Positions 27,202 to 36,132 of a stretch of DNA of 64,000 bases are shown here, in pieces. The notes under the pieces were generated by a model, which made no database searches, was not told the DNA's origin, and saw only the letters and a list, made by a program, of their open reading frames with translations. Position 1 is the stretch's first letter. Each line of letters begins with the position of its first letter. Location of the stretch: contig DAOUHG010000028.1 of the NCBI GenBank assembly GCA_034428835.1, positions 19,742 to 83,741 on the forward strand, in the 5' to 3' direction. This stretch comes from Dehalococcoidia bacterium. Lineage in GTDB: Bacteria; Chloroflexota; Dehalococcoidia; Lucifugimonadales; UBA1123. Made by a program: the position numbers and the translations under genes.

Positions 27202-28170
27202 ATGTCATTCAATCTTCTTATCTTCGACGAAGGCGCCCCTGAGCGTGGCCGCGCAAACGAGTGGCCGGACCTTCTGCGCGACAGGATACTTGGCATCCAG
27301 GTCAACGTAGCCACCTCCGTCGGTGAGGCTATGGAGATGATCGGCGAAGCCGACGCCGCCTTCGGCAACATAATCCCGGAGGTGTTCGAGCGCCACAACA
27401 ATCTGCGGTGGGTCGCATGTCCGCAGGCGGGCCCTAGCGCCGGATACTACCATCAGAATCTGATCGACAGCGATGTCGTCGTCACCAACACCAGGGACAT
27501 CTACAACGATCACATCTCCAACCACATCATGTCCTACGTTCTGGCATTCGCCAGGGGCCTGCACATTTACATCAGGCAGCAGGTCGAATCCGAGTGGCGC
27601 CCCGGTTATGAGATCGTAAACCTGCCCGACGCGACCGCCGTTGTAGTGGGCGTCGGCGGCATTGGAGGCGAGACCGCAAGGCTGTGCGCCGAATTCGGTA
27701 TGCACGTGATTGGAGTCGACCCCCGGATAGATTCTCCGCCGCCTGGAGTATCCGAGCTCGTGACCTCTGGCCGTCTCGACACAGTGCTGCCTGGAGCGGA
27801 CTTTGTGATCGTCACAGTGCCTGAGACGCCCGAAACTCAGCGTCTGTTCTCTCTCGAACGTTTCAGGCTGATGAAGTCGACCGGCTACTTCATCAACATC
27901 GGTCGCGGCGCCACTGTGGTCCTGGACGACTTGGTATCCGCACTTGAGGCGAACGAGATCAGGGGGGCGGCTCTGGACGTCTTTGAGATCGAACCGTTGC
28001 CTTCCGATCATCCTCTGTGGAAGATGCCGAACGTCATCATCACCCCGCACTGTGCGGGAGCGGGACCTTATCTGGACGATCGCAGGACCGAGCTGTTCAT
28101 CGAGAATTGCGTCAGATTCAACGAAGGCCGCGAGTTGAAAAATATCGTGGACAAGGCCAACTGGTTCTAA
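27202..28170 (+). CDS. D-isomer-specific 2-hydroxyacid dehydrogenase family protein
   Basis: 322 aa, VVGVGGIGGETARLCAEFGMHVIGVD NAD-binding fold, FINIGRG, ITPHCAG. Confidence 0.8.
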   Translation: MSFNLLIFDEGAPERGRANEWPDLLRDRILGIQVNVATSVGEAMEMIGEADAAFGNIIPEVFERHNNLRWVACPQAGPSAGYYHQNLIDSDVVVTNTRDIYNDHISNHIMSYVLAFARGLHIYIRQQVESEWRPGYEIVNLPDATAVVVGVGGIGGETARLCAEFGMHVIGVDPRIDSPPPGVSELVTSGRLDTVLPGADFVIVTVPETPETQRLFSLERFRLMKSTGYFINIGRGATVVLDDLVSALEANEIRGAALDVFEIEPLPSDHPLWKMPNVIITPHCAGAGPYLDDRRTELFIENCVRFNEGRELKNIVDKANWF

Positions 28171-28179
28171 CCCAATTCT

Positions 28180-28205
28180 TCATTCCGGCCAAGGCCGGAA
28201 TCCAG
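28180..28205. repeat. REP-like hairpin (tcATTCCGGC..GCCGGAATcca family), copy 1
   Basis: attccggcc/ggccggaat inverted repeat at 28182-28201, 10 nt after the dehydrogenase stop. The family recurs at 43408, 43823 and 47259. Confidence 0.65.
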
Positions 28206-28265
28206 GTGGACGTGAGATAGGTGTCCTAGCGTGGGTAAACCAGTTTTGAATGGGCTACGGTTCTG

Positions 28266-29147
28266 ATGGCGAGTCTATATCTTATCGACGGCACCTACGA
28301 GCTCTTCCGAGCCTACTATGGGGCGCCTCCGAGGACATCCCCAGGCGGAAGGTCGGTCGGCGCGGTTGCGGGGCTTCTCCAGACCTTGCTGCTGCTGCTC
28401 CGAGAGCAGCAACCCGCCTATGTCGCATGTGCCTTCGACCATGTGGTCGAGTCGTTTCGGAACGACCTTTTCGAAGGCTACAAGACCGGCGCCGGTGTCC
28501 CAGAGGATCTCGCCGCCCAGTTTGATCTCGCCGAAGAGGCCTCGAAATCTCTGGGTATTGTGACCTGGCCAATGGCGGAGTTCGAGGCTGACGACGCCAT
28601 CGCCACGGCAGTGACGCGCTGGAAGCAATCGCCGGAAATAGACCAGGTCGTGGTCTGTTCTGTCGACAAGGACCTCATGAACCTCGTAGACGGGTCTCTA
28701 GTCGTGGTCTGGGACCGCAGGCGTGACATCACATACGACGAGACTGACGTCATCGAAAGGTACGGAGTTCCCCCGGAGTCCATCCCTGACTATCTGGCGC
28801 TGGTAGGGGACTCCGCGGACGGCATTCCCGGCGTCCCGCGTTGGGGCGCGAAAGGTACGGCGACTGTCCTTGCCAAGTACGGCCACTTGGAGAGGATCCC
28901 GAAGTCGCACGAGGAGTGGACGGTTTCGGTGCGAGGAGCTAGATCGTTGGCCGCGAATCTCGCAGAGAGGCGAGCAGATGCCGAACTGTACCGGACGCTG
29001 GCCACTTTGCGCACCGATGTGCCTCTGGTTGAGGACCTCAATGATCTGCGTTGGTCCGGAGTTCGCCGCGACGATTACGTCGTACTCTGCGACTCTCTCG
29101 GATTGGAGCGGCTGAAAGATGCACCGAGCCACTGGCGACAGGATTGA
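28266..29147 (+). CDS. 5'-3' exonuclease (FEN / Pol I N-terminal domain-like)
   Basis: 293 aa, LYLIDGTYELFRAYY, EADDAIAT, DKDLMNLV, LVGDSADGIPGVPRWGAKGTA (H3TH). Confidence 0.8.
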   Translation: MASLYLIDGTYELFRAYYGAPPRTSPGGRSVGAVAGLLQTLLLLLREQQPAYVACAFDHVVESFRNDLFEGYKTGAGVPEDLAAQFDLAEEASKSLGIVTWPMAEFEADDAIATAVTRWKQSPEIDQVVVCSVDKDLMNLVDGSLVVVWDRRRDITYDETDVIERYGVPPESIPDYLALVGDSADGIPGVPRWGAKGTATVLAKYGHLERIPKSHEEWTVSVRGARSLAANLAERRADAELYRTLATLRTDVPLVEDLNDLRWSGVRRDDYVVLCDSLGLERLKDAPSHWRQD

Positions 29148-29152
29148 GAGAG

Positions 29153-29224
29153 TACCCCCGGCGGGACTCGAACCCACGCACCTGGCTCCGGAGGCCAGTG
29201 CTCTATCCGCTGAGCTACGGGGGC
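29153..29224 (-). tRNA. tRNA-Arg (anticodon CCG)
   Basis: Hand-folded cloverleaf: GCCCCCG TA GCTC AGCGGATA GAGC A CTGGC CT-CCG-GA GCCAG GTGC GTGGG TTCGAGT CCCGC CGGGGGT A. G1-U72 pair, no encoded CCA. Confidence 0.85.
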
Positions 29225-29238
29225 GTACTGGCTTACCT

Positions 29239-29267
29239 AATATAGCAAGTGCACCCTTGAGGGACAA
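29239..29267 (-). promoter_or_regulatory. putative promoter of tRNA-Arg(CCG)
   Basis: On the minus strand: TTGTCC, 17 nt, TATATT, ending 14 nt before the tRNA 5' end. Confidence 0.35.
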
Positions 29268-29383
29268 GGTGAATTGGCGCCGGTGCTAGTCTTCGGCGAA
29301 CCTGGTTGGAGTGAAGTCTCTGTGGCGCTTGTAAGGGCCTCCCGAAGCTCTCCATAAGGGCCGTTAAGTGGGTGCTCAAGCAC

Positions 29384-29412
29384 TTGACATACAGGTACGG
29401 GGTGAATATGAT
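29384..29412 (+). promoter_or_regulatory. near-consensus sigma70-type promoter upstream of the collagen-like lipoprotein gene
   Basis: TTGACA (29384-29389), 17-nt spacer, TATGAT (29407-29412), about 125 nt upstream of ATG 29538. GAGGGGG Shine-Dalgarno before the ATG. Confidence 0.5.
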
Positions 29413-29537
29413 TATGCCGCATTTGTGTACCGTCGGCTCTACCGGCGGGAGAGTTGTATGTCCGATTGACGATAGTCTCAACAATCGGTCCGACGGATGG
29501 ACATTAGCAAAAAGGAATCATCTCGAGAGGGGGTCAG

Positions 29538-30410
29538 ATGAGAAGGCACTTCCCCGTAAAGGGCGTAGTAATAGCCCTGCTTTCTTCAGTTCTTGTATTG
29601 GCGTTGATAGCATGTCAGGGATCGCAAGGAGAATCTGGGCAGCCTGGATTGCCAGGAAGCCCGGGTAACGCGGGCGCTTCCGGTCCTCAAGGTGCTCAGG
29701 GAGACCCGGGCTTTGCCGGTCTGCCAGGGCATTCTGGTAACCCGGGACCAGCGGGACCTCCGGGCGTTCCAGGTCCTGCAGGCGCGAATGGCGCTCCGGC
29801 GGTCTCACCTGAGGCTGCAATAGAACTCAGCAAGTCTACTATATCAACCATGGGCGACGCCGTTACCGTACGAGGCTCCGGGTTCCTACCCGGTGAGCCC
29901 GTTGTACTCCAACTAGTGGTCGACCAGAATCTATCGATTATCGCTGGCGGCGCCAGGGGTGCCCAGGTGCAGGCCAACGAGGCCGGCGCGTTCAGCATCA
30001 CCTTTGATGAGATTGGTGGCGCCTCTGCGGGCCAGGCTGGCGCCGTTGGAGAGCGGACGTTCTTTGCCCTGGGCGCAGACGGCAGCAGGGCCAGCGCACC
30101 AGTCAAGGTCGTCGGCGTACCTGAGGCCACGACTGCGGTCGACACCAGCTTGTTGGCCAGCGCGACCCCATCTGGCGAACAGATCAAGATCTGGGGCGCG
30201 GGATTTGCTCCCAATGAAGTCGTATCCCTGATCGCGGTCGGAGCGGCCGAAGGTGGAGGCAACCGCATATTCGGTGGCGTGACTGCCAACGAGTCCGGCG
30301 CCTTCGCGGTTGATGCTGCTAACCCGCTCGCAGATGGCGTGTACACGCTCAGAGCGGCTGGCAACATGGGATCCACTGCCACGGCTCCACTGGTCATCGC
30401 AGATAAGTAG
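29538..30410 (+). CDS. collagen-like repeat lipoprotein with two Ig-like/beta-sandwich-like domains
   Basis: 290 aa. Signal peptide with lipobox LIAC (Cys26), then 20 uninterrupted G-X-Y triplets. Two related domains follow (VTVRGSGFLPGEPVVLQLV...; IKIWGAGFAPNEVVSLIAV...). Confidence 0.8.
   Translation: MRRHFPVKGVVIALLSSVLVLALIACQGSQGESGQPGLPGSPGNAGASGPQGAQGDPGFAGLPGHSGNPGPAGPPGVPGPAGANGAPAVSPEAAIELSKSTISTMGDAVTVRGSGFLPGEPVVLQLVVDQNLSIIAGGARGAQVQANEAGAFSITFDEIGGASAGQAGAVGERTFFALGADGSRASAPVKVVGVPEATTAVDTSLLASATPSGEQIKIWGAGFAPNEVVSLIAVGAAEGGGNRIFGGVTANESGAFAVDAANPLADGVYTLRAAGNMGSTATAPLVIADK
29619..29798 (+). repeat. collagen triple-helix-type (GXY)x20 coding repeat
   Basis: GSQ GES GQP GLP GSP GNA GAS GPQ GAQ GDP GFA GLP GHS GNP GPA GPP GVP GPA GAN GAP, read directly. 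Confidence 0.9.
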
Positions 30411-30452
30411 TAGCGCAAACCCGTAAGGGGTTCGAGCGAACCTTCCAAATTT

Positions 30453-30489
30453 AAGCGACGCCTCCTCCTGCCAAGGGGAGGCGTCGCTT
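30453..30489 (+). terminator. stem-loop terminator candidate after the collagen-like gene
   Basis: aagcgacgcctcc (30453-30465) pairs with ggaggcgtcgctt (30477-30489) around an 11-nt loop. The downstream T-tract is weak (gctgtatt). Confidence 0.45.
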
Positions 30490-30534
30490 GCTGTATTAGA
30501 GGCACCAGAAGCGCGCGTGCTGAATGACCAGGTT

Positions 30535-30810
30535 CGTATCGCTGCCTTCCACCGCGCGACCCCACCCGCCGAACCGATCAAGATCTGGGGCGCGGGATTT
30601 GCTCCCAATGAAGTTGTTTCCCTGATCGCGGTCGGAGCCGCCGAAGGCAACCTCATATTCGGTGGCGTGACAGCGAACAAGCCCGGTGCCTCCACGGTGA
30701 TGCGGCTAACCCCCGCTCGCAGAAGGCGTATACACACGCTCAGAGCGGCCGGCAGCATGGTAGCGATTGCGGTTGCCCCGCTGATTGTCGTCTCACCAAA
30801 CTGGAACTAG
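30535..30810 (+). pseudogene. decayed orphan copy of the 3' (C-terminal domain) part of the collagen-like gene
   Basis: About 250 nt align with 30150-30410 (identical run atcaagatctggggcgcgggatttgctcccaatgaagt). There are scattered substitutions, a 6-nt deletion and compensating 1-2-nt indels. No signal peptide or own promoter is evident. Confidence 0.6.
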
Positions 30811-30899
30811 CCGAAGGCTACATCCATAGTGCTACGGGAGTACGAGAGCCTACAAGCTATAGAGGATCTAGGATTTCTGACAGGCGATCCTGAGTTGAT

Positions 30900-32225
30900 C
30901 TACTCCGCGTCGGATGTCTGCTTATTGGGTAATGGAACCAGAGTGATCCTCAGAGTTGTCGGCCGTCTACCCATCGTCCTGATGACCTCTATGCTCAGAC
31001 CTGCGTGGTCGACTCTGTCACCCGCGACCGGAATCTTTCCCAACCGGTCGAAGACGAATCCTCCGATGGTATCGAATCCATTGCCGACAACGTTCACGCC
31101 GAGGTACTCGTTGAGTTCATCGATCGGCATCCCAGCGTCCAGAACGAATTCTGATTCGCCTATACGCTGAATCTCCGGCTCTTCCGCATCGAACTCGTCC
31201 TGGATCTCCCCGACGATCTCCTCTAGCAGATCCTCAATCGTCACAATTCCCGAAACGCCTCCGTATTCGTCAACCACAATTGCGAGGTGAGTGCGTTCTT
31301 CCCTGAACACTTCAAGAAGTCCTTCAAGGGTCTTGGACTCAGGGATGAATAAGGGTTTCCTGCTGACCTGCTGGGCCGCTGTGTTCGAGGCGTCTTCGGT
31401 TCTGGCGAGTTCCTGCAGCACATCCCGCGCATGGGCTACTCCCACAATGTGATCGAGGTCTCCGCCATAGATCGGAATTCGACTGTGACCGGCGGAGTTC
31501 ATCTTGTCCACAAGGGACTCCAGCGAGTCCTTCGATTCAACAGCGACAATGTCCACCCGGGGTACCATGATTTCGCGCGCCACAGTCTGGTCGAGCTGGA
31601 ACACTCCCCGGATCATCCTGACCTCGTGCTCATCCAGCATCTCCTCGGTCGAGTCCACTGCAAGTGTGAAGTCCAGTGAAGGATCGGACGGAGGGGACGC
31701 CTCCGTAAGGGGGCTCTTGATGATCATGGCCTCGATAAGTAGAACAGGTCGAAGCGGGAAGGACAGAAGCCATGCGACCCTTGGCATGAACTTGCAGAGA
31801 CGGTCCGCGTGACGTACGCCAAGAGAGCGGGCAACATAGGTAACTGGCGCGAGAACAAGTAGCATAACCACGGCGCCGGCTGAAGTCAGGTCCCATTTCA
31901 CGCCCCAGCCAGACCAGATGACCGCCGTTACGGAGACCATCGCTGCCGCCAGTGCTATGAGATTGAGTAGTCGAAGTGGAGCGGTGGGTCCGGCAGGAAG
32001 GTCCATTACAAGACGAAGCGGCCCGGACTGACCTGCTTGACCGTTCAGGACGTTCGAAGTCAGTGCTTGGATCCTGCCGGCGATGGAAGCGGCCCCCAAC
32101 TCAGTGATGGCGAACACCAATACCGAGATGCCTAGTGCCAGCGCCGAAAACGTACTGTCGCTCTCCAATTTAGTGCTCCAGTGTCGGAGGACCCGAGGAT
32201 CGGTTGGATTCAGAGTCGCTTCCAT
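30900..32225 (-). CDS. HlyC/CorC (CNNM) family transporter: DUF21-CBS pair-CorC_HlyC
   Basis: 441 aa, IMVPRVDIVAVE..., HSRIPIYGGDLDHIVGV, C-terminal DTIGGFVFDRLGKIP. The annotated start overlaps the glmU 3' end by 56 nt, so the true start may be later. Confidence 0.85.
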   Translation of the reverse strand: MEATLNPTDPRVLRHWSTKLESDSTFSALALGISVLVFAITELGAASIAGRIQALTSNVLNGQAGQSGPLRLVMDLPAGPTAPLRLLNLIALAAAMVSVTAVIWSGWGVKWDLTSAGAVVMLLVLAPVTYVARSLGVRHADRLCKFMPRVAWLLSFPLRPVLLIEAMIIKSPLTEASPPSDPSLDFTLAVDSTEEMLDEHEVRMIRGVFQLDQTVAREIMVPRVDIVAVESKDSLESLVDKMNSAGHSRIPIYGGDLDHIVGVAHARDVLQELARTEDASNTAAQQVSRKPLFIPESKTLEGLLEVFREERTHLAIVVDEYGGVSGIVTIEDLLEEIVGEIQDEFDAEEPEIQRIGESEFVLDAGMPIDELNEYLGVNVVGNGFDTIGGFVFDRLGKIPVAGDRVDHAGLSIEVIRTMGRRPTTLRITLVPLPNKQTSDAE

Positions 32226-33567
32226 CGAAGCGCTTGCGTCTTATGCGTGCCGGCGCGCCAATGGCGCCTGAGTCTGGAGGAACGCTCCTGTTGACCACCG
32301 ACCCGGCCGATGTATACGACCTTTCGCCTATGGTAACCGGCGCCACCATCATGGTGTCGCACCCTATGAAAGCGTCATTGCCAATTACGGTCCGGTGTTT
32401 GTGCTCACCGTCGAAATTGCAGGTGATCGATCCAGCGCCAATGTTGACGTTGGATCCGACCTGTGCGTCACCGATGTAGCTGAAGTGGCCGGCCTTCGTT
32501 CCTTGCCCAATTCGGCTGTTCTTCACTTCTACGAAGTTCCCGATGTGGACCCCGGCTTCCAGGCACGTGCCGGGTCTGATGTGACTGAATGGCCCGACAT
32601 CGACATTAGACCCCAGGATCGCCTCCTCAATGACTGAGGCGACAACTTGCACACCGTCTCCAATGTTCGAGTCTTTAATGATCGAATTCGGTCCTATCTC
32701 GCACTCGACGCCAATTCGAGTTGCTCCCCGGATGTGCGTGTTGGGCAGCACGATAGTATCAATACCCACCTCGACGTCGCAGTCGATATAGACCGACGCC
32801 GGATCTGGCATTGATACTCCCTGGAGCATCCATTGCTCTCGTATACGTTTCCGCATGACCGACTCGGCCGTTGCCAGCTCGACGCGCGTGTTGACTCCAA
32901 GCGCTTCTGTTGGATCTTCGCCGCAGTACGTTGCTACTCCCAGGCCTGAGTTCGCGGCCATGCCAATGAGGTGGGTCAGGTAAATCTCGCCTGTAGTCGA
33001 GGCCTGAACGCGCGGAAGACTCTCCCACAACCAATCTGAACGGAAGCAGTACACTCCGGCGTTGATTTCTCGTAGCGATAGCTCCTCGGCATCTGCCTCC
33101 AGGTGTTCGACTACAGCGCTGACCTGACCTGCCGAGTCACGGACCACGCGACCGAGACCATCGGGCTTGTCTACTTTCGCGGTCAGCATGGTAACGGGAA
33201 CTTCTGAACGTAAGTGGGCCTCAGTCAGCGCCGCCAATGTACTTGACTGGATCAGCGGTATATCAGCGTTCATGACCAGGACGTTGTCGTGATCCCTTAC
33301 GGCATCCCGGGCGCGAAACAGCGCATCTCCTGTCCCGAGAGGCTGTGTCTGGAATGCGTACTCGCAGGTGGCGCCCAATGTGCCGACGACACCAGACGAA
33401 GCGTCTCTCACGACGACGACGACCGGATCATTCCCGGCTGTTCGCGCAGCCTCACAGACGATCGACACCATTGGCTTGCCACAGACAGTATGCAGCGCCT
33501 TGGGGATGCGGGACTTCATCCGCTTGCCTTCTCCCGCAGCTAGGATGACGGCGGCGAACGAGCTCAT
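32170..33567 (-). CDS. glmU: bifunctional UDP-N-acetylglucosamine pyrophosphorylase / glucosamine-1-phosphate N-acetyltransferase
   Basis: 465 aa, AVILAAGEGKRMKSRIPKALH N-terminus and a C-terminal left-handed beta-helix hexapeptide repeat region. Confidence 0.9.
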   Translation of the reverse strand: MSSFAAVILAAGEGKRMKSRIPKALHTVCGKPMVSIVCEAARTAGNDPVVVVVRDASSGVVGTLGATCEYAFQTQPLGTGDALFRARDAVRDHDNVLVMNADIPLIQSSTLAALTEAHLRSEVPVTMLTAKVDKPDGLGRVVRDSAGQVSAVVEHLEADAEELSLREINAGVYCFRSDWLWESLPRVQASTTGEIYLTHLIGMAANSGLGVATYCGEDPTEALGVNTRVELATAESVMRKRIREQWMLQGVSMPDPASVYIDCDVEVGIDTIVLPNTHIRGATRIGVECEIGPNSIIKDSNIGDGVQVVASVIEEAILGSNVDVGPFSHIRPGTCLEAGVHIGNFVEVKNSRIGQGTKAGHFSYIGDAQVGSNVNIGAGSITCNFDGEHKHRTVIGNDAFIGCDTMMVAPVTIGERSYTSAGSVVNRSVPPDSGAIGAPARIRRKRFDGSDSESNRSSGPPTLEH

Positions 33568-33791
33568 GGTGCGGACACAAAAAAACGCCTAACTGAAGGG
33601 CAGATGCCAATGCCCAAGTCAGGCGCGGAGCTGCTGATAGATCTATCAGATAAGTCGTCCACTTTCGAGAATGCTAGCAAAGGGCCTCCCAAGTGTCAAT
33701 GATCTGGACATTTCTGAACGCGTCGTTCTATCCTAACCCCGTCCCGCTCCAACGAGAGCAGTCACACAGTATCACCCGGAGGATTAAACAC

Positions 33792-34847
33792 ATGGCCCGC
33801 TTCAAAGTCGCCGTTCAGAGGCCCACAAACGTAACCTACGCCCTCGGCGGCGGTGGGTACGACTATGAGATGGAGTACCTGTCCACTATCGACGCCGAGA
33901 TTGTTGAGTTCGAGGCAGCCAGCGAAGGTGAAATCATAGAACAGGTACGCGACTGCGACGCCCTGATTGCGCGTGGCGACCGGATCTCGGAGTCGATCAT
34001 CAACAGTCTTGAGAACTGCAAGATAATTGCTCTCGGCAGTGTCGGTGCAGACACCGTCGATGTGCCGGCCGCCACAGCGCGCAACATACCCGTTACCAAC
34101 GTCCCGGACACCTTCATCGAAGAGGTTGCCGATCACACCATGATGTTGCTGCTCGCGACGTTCCGGCGCCTGACGCTGATGGATGAGATGGTCCGCACCG
34201 GGCGTTATGGCGAAGGGAGACCCTACCTCAACCAGTTCCCACGGCTGTACGGCCAGACACTTGGATTCGTCTCGTTCGGCCATGTGGCCAGGGCGACTGC
34301 CCTCCGCGCGGCACCGTTCGGGCTACGTATGATCGCGTTCGATCCTTACATCGAAGAGCTGACGATTACCAGCTACGGCGTCGAGCCGGTCAGTCTGAAC
34401 GAGGTGCTGGAGCGCTCTGACATCGTCTCGATGCACGCACCGTCGACCTCTGAGGTCCACCACATGCTCACAGAGGAGCACTTCCGTCGCATGAAGCCGA
34501 CTGCGCTCTTCATCAACAACGGGCGCGGTCCTACGGTCGATGAGGCTGCCCTGATCAGAGCACTCGATGAAGGGTGGATCGCCGGAGCTGGTCTCGACGT
34601 GACCGAGATAGAGCCACCGCATCCGGACAACCCGCTGCTGAAGATGGACAACGTCATCCTGACGCCGCACGTCGCGTCTGCATCGGCAAGGATGTCACCG
34701 GAGGCACGCCGCAGGGTAGGGCAGGAGATATCGCTGGTGCTGAGCGGACGCTGGCCCAGGACCTGTGTCAACCCGGCAGTGTTGGTAAAGACCGACCTGA
34801 TCCGCTGGCAGCCCTACTCGATGGAGCGGGGCCCCGGCTCCAACTAA
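33792..34847 (+). CDS. D-2-hydroxyacid dehydrogenase family protein (phosphoglycerate dehydrogenase/CtBP-like)
   Basis: Start set at ATG 33792 with GGAGG upstream. GFVSFGHVARATALRAAPFGLRMIAFD, FINNGRG, LTPHVAS. Confidence 0.8.
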   Translation: MARFKVAVQRPTNVTYALGGGGYDYEMEYLSTIDAEIVEFEAASEGEIIEQVRDCDALIARGDRISESIINSLENCKIIALGSVGADTVDVPAATARNIPVTNVPDTFIEEVADHTMMLLLATFRRLTLMDEMVRTGRYGEGRPYLNQFPRLYGQTLGFVSFGHVARATALRAAPFGLRMIAFDPYIEELTITSYGVEPVSLNEVLERSDIVSMHAPSTSEVHHMLTEEHFRRMKPTALFINNGRGPTVDEAALIRALDEGWIAGAGLDVTEIEPPHPDNPLLKMDNVILTPHVASASARMSPEARRRVGQEISLVLSGRWPRTCVNPAVLVKTDLIRWQPYSMERGPGSN

Positions 34848-34848
34848 T

Positions 34849-36132
34849 CTAGGAGTCTTCCGGCGCGGCCTCTGGCACGTATCTCGGAGGCCGCGCCAGT
34901 TGCACCATCAGCATGGTGCTAGCTCCCAGGGCGGCGAACGCAATGAACGCGTATTCGTAGCTGCCGGTCAGATCGAATGCAGCGCCGGCGGCCAACGCTC
35001 CAATTGCTTGACCAAAGCTGGTTAACGGCTCCGTAACACCTCTAATCGTTCCGAGTGAGCGACGCCCGTAGTAGTCGGCGTATGCGACCGGCGGCACCGA
35101 GAGCATTCCGCCTAGCCCGAACCCAAACAGGGCTGAATACACCAGCGCCTGGGTAGTTGAGCTTGTCGTTATGAACAGGACCGATCCGAGCGCCATGACC
35201 GCGGCTACCATAGTCAGGACATGCCGAGCGGGAACTCGCTCGACAATCCAGCCCCAGGCAATGCTCCCGAGGCCGAGGAACGCAGCGTTGAGTCCGACCC
35301 CTACTCCCGCGAACACGGGGCTGAGCCCTTCGTCGCGCAGGAATGCCGCAAGGTGGGTGTTTATTCCGGCCTGCATAAGGAACAGCAGTCCGGTTCCCGT
35401 GGCCAGAATCCACAGGGCGGGCGTCTTCATGGCGGCCTTAAGAGTCCATCCGGGCTGCTCGTCCGACGACGACCCGTTCGACCCCTTGTCAGACTCGACC
35501 GCCTCGTCGCCGTCCGGTCTCAGTCCCACGTCTTCAGGGCTCTGAGCTATCAGCAGTGTCGCGGGTAGCAGCGCGATCGCCCAGACGATCAGGCCCAACA
35601 CGACCCACGCATACCGCCAGCCGTGCATGTCTATCACAATGGACGCGACCAGCGGGAACATGATCATGCCGATCGAGTGCGATAGGAACAATACCCCACT
35701 CGCCCTGCCGCGCATTCTGATGAACCAGCGCGACGCTACTACCGACGCGCCAATCTGCACCGGACTGGAGAAAATGACCCGCCCTACGCCGTAAGCCAGG
35801 TAGAACGCGATCGGCACAGTAGCCCATGCCAGCGAGATTGTGGACAGGCCCAGGATGAACACGCTCGTAGCGAGAACAATGCGAGCGCCGTACCGGTCGA
35901 TCAACCAGCCCACGACCGGCGATGCCCCCGATGCCGCCAGGCCACCGAAGCTCACTGCCCCCGCTATCAACGTGCGACTCCACCCCAGGTCCTCTGCGAG
36001 AGGAAACATGAACACCGCTATGGTCAGGCTGGCTGCCGAGTTCCTGACTATCTGCGTACTGCTGGCCGACCCCAAAACCACCCAACCATAGAAGAACGGG
36101 GTCCTATGCGCGAGTCGAGGAGCTAGGTTCAC
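34849..36132 (-). CDS. MFS transporter
   Basis: 427 aa, about 12 hydrophobic segments, G.LIDRYGAR motif. Its stop is 1 nt from the convergent dehydrogenase stop. Confidence 0.8.
   Translation of the reverse strand: MNLAPRLAHRTPFFYGWVVLGSASSTQIVRNSAASLTIAVFMFPLAEDLGWSRTLIAGAVSFGGLAASGASPVVGWLIDRYGARIVLATSVFILGLSTISLAWATVPIAFYLAYGVGRVIFSSPVQIGASVVASRWFIRMRGRASGVLFLSHSIGMIMFPLVASIVIDMHGWRYAWVVLGLIVWAIALLPATLLIAQSPEDVGLRPDGDEAVESDKGSNGSSSDEQPGWTLKAAMKTPALWILATGTGLLFLMQAGINTHLAAFLRDEGLSPVFAGVGVGLNAAFLGLGSIAWGWIVERVPARHVLTMVAAVMALGSVLFITTSSTTQALVYSALFGFGLGGMLSVPPVAYADYYGRRSLGTIRGVTEPLTSFGQAIGALAAGAAFDLTGSYEYAFIAFAALGASTMLMVQLARPPRYVPEAAPEDS

Noticed and set aside
29226-29383. Possible small ncRNA (SRP, RNase P, 6S, tmRNA) in the 312-nt tRNA / collagen-gene spacer
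   Set aside because: None of the conserved motifs I know for these RNAs is present. The region is adequately explained by two divergent promoters and a leader.
30150-30810. Diversity-generating retroelement (template/variable repeat pair) for the duplicated C-terminal domain
   Set aside because: Mismatches between the copies involve all base types rather than adenine-specific changes. Indels are present, and no reverse transcriptase gene is nearby.
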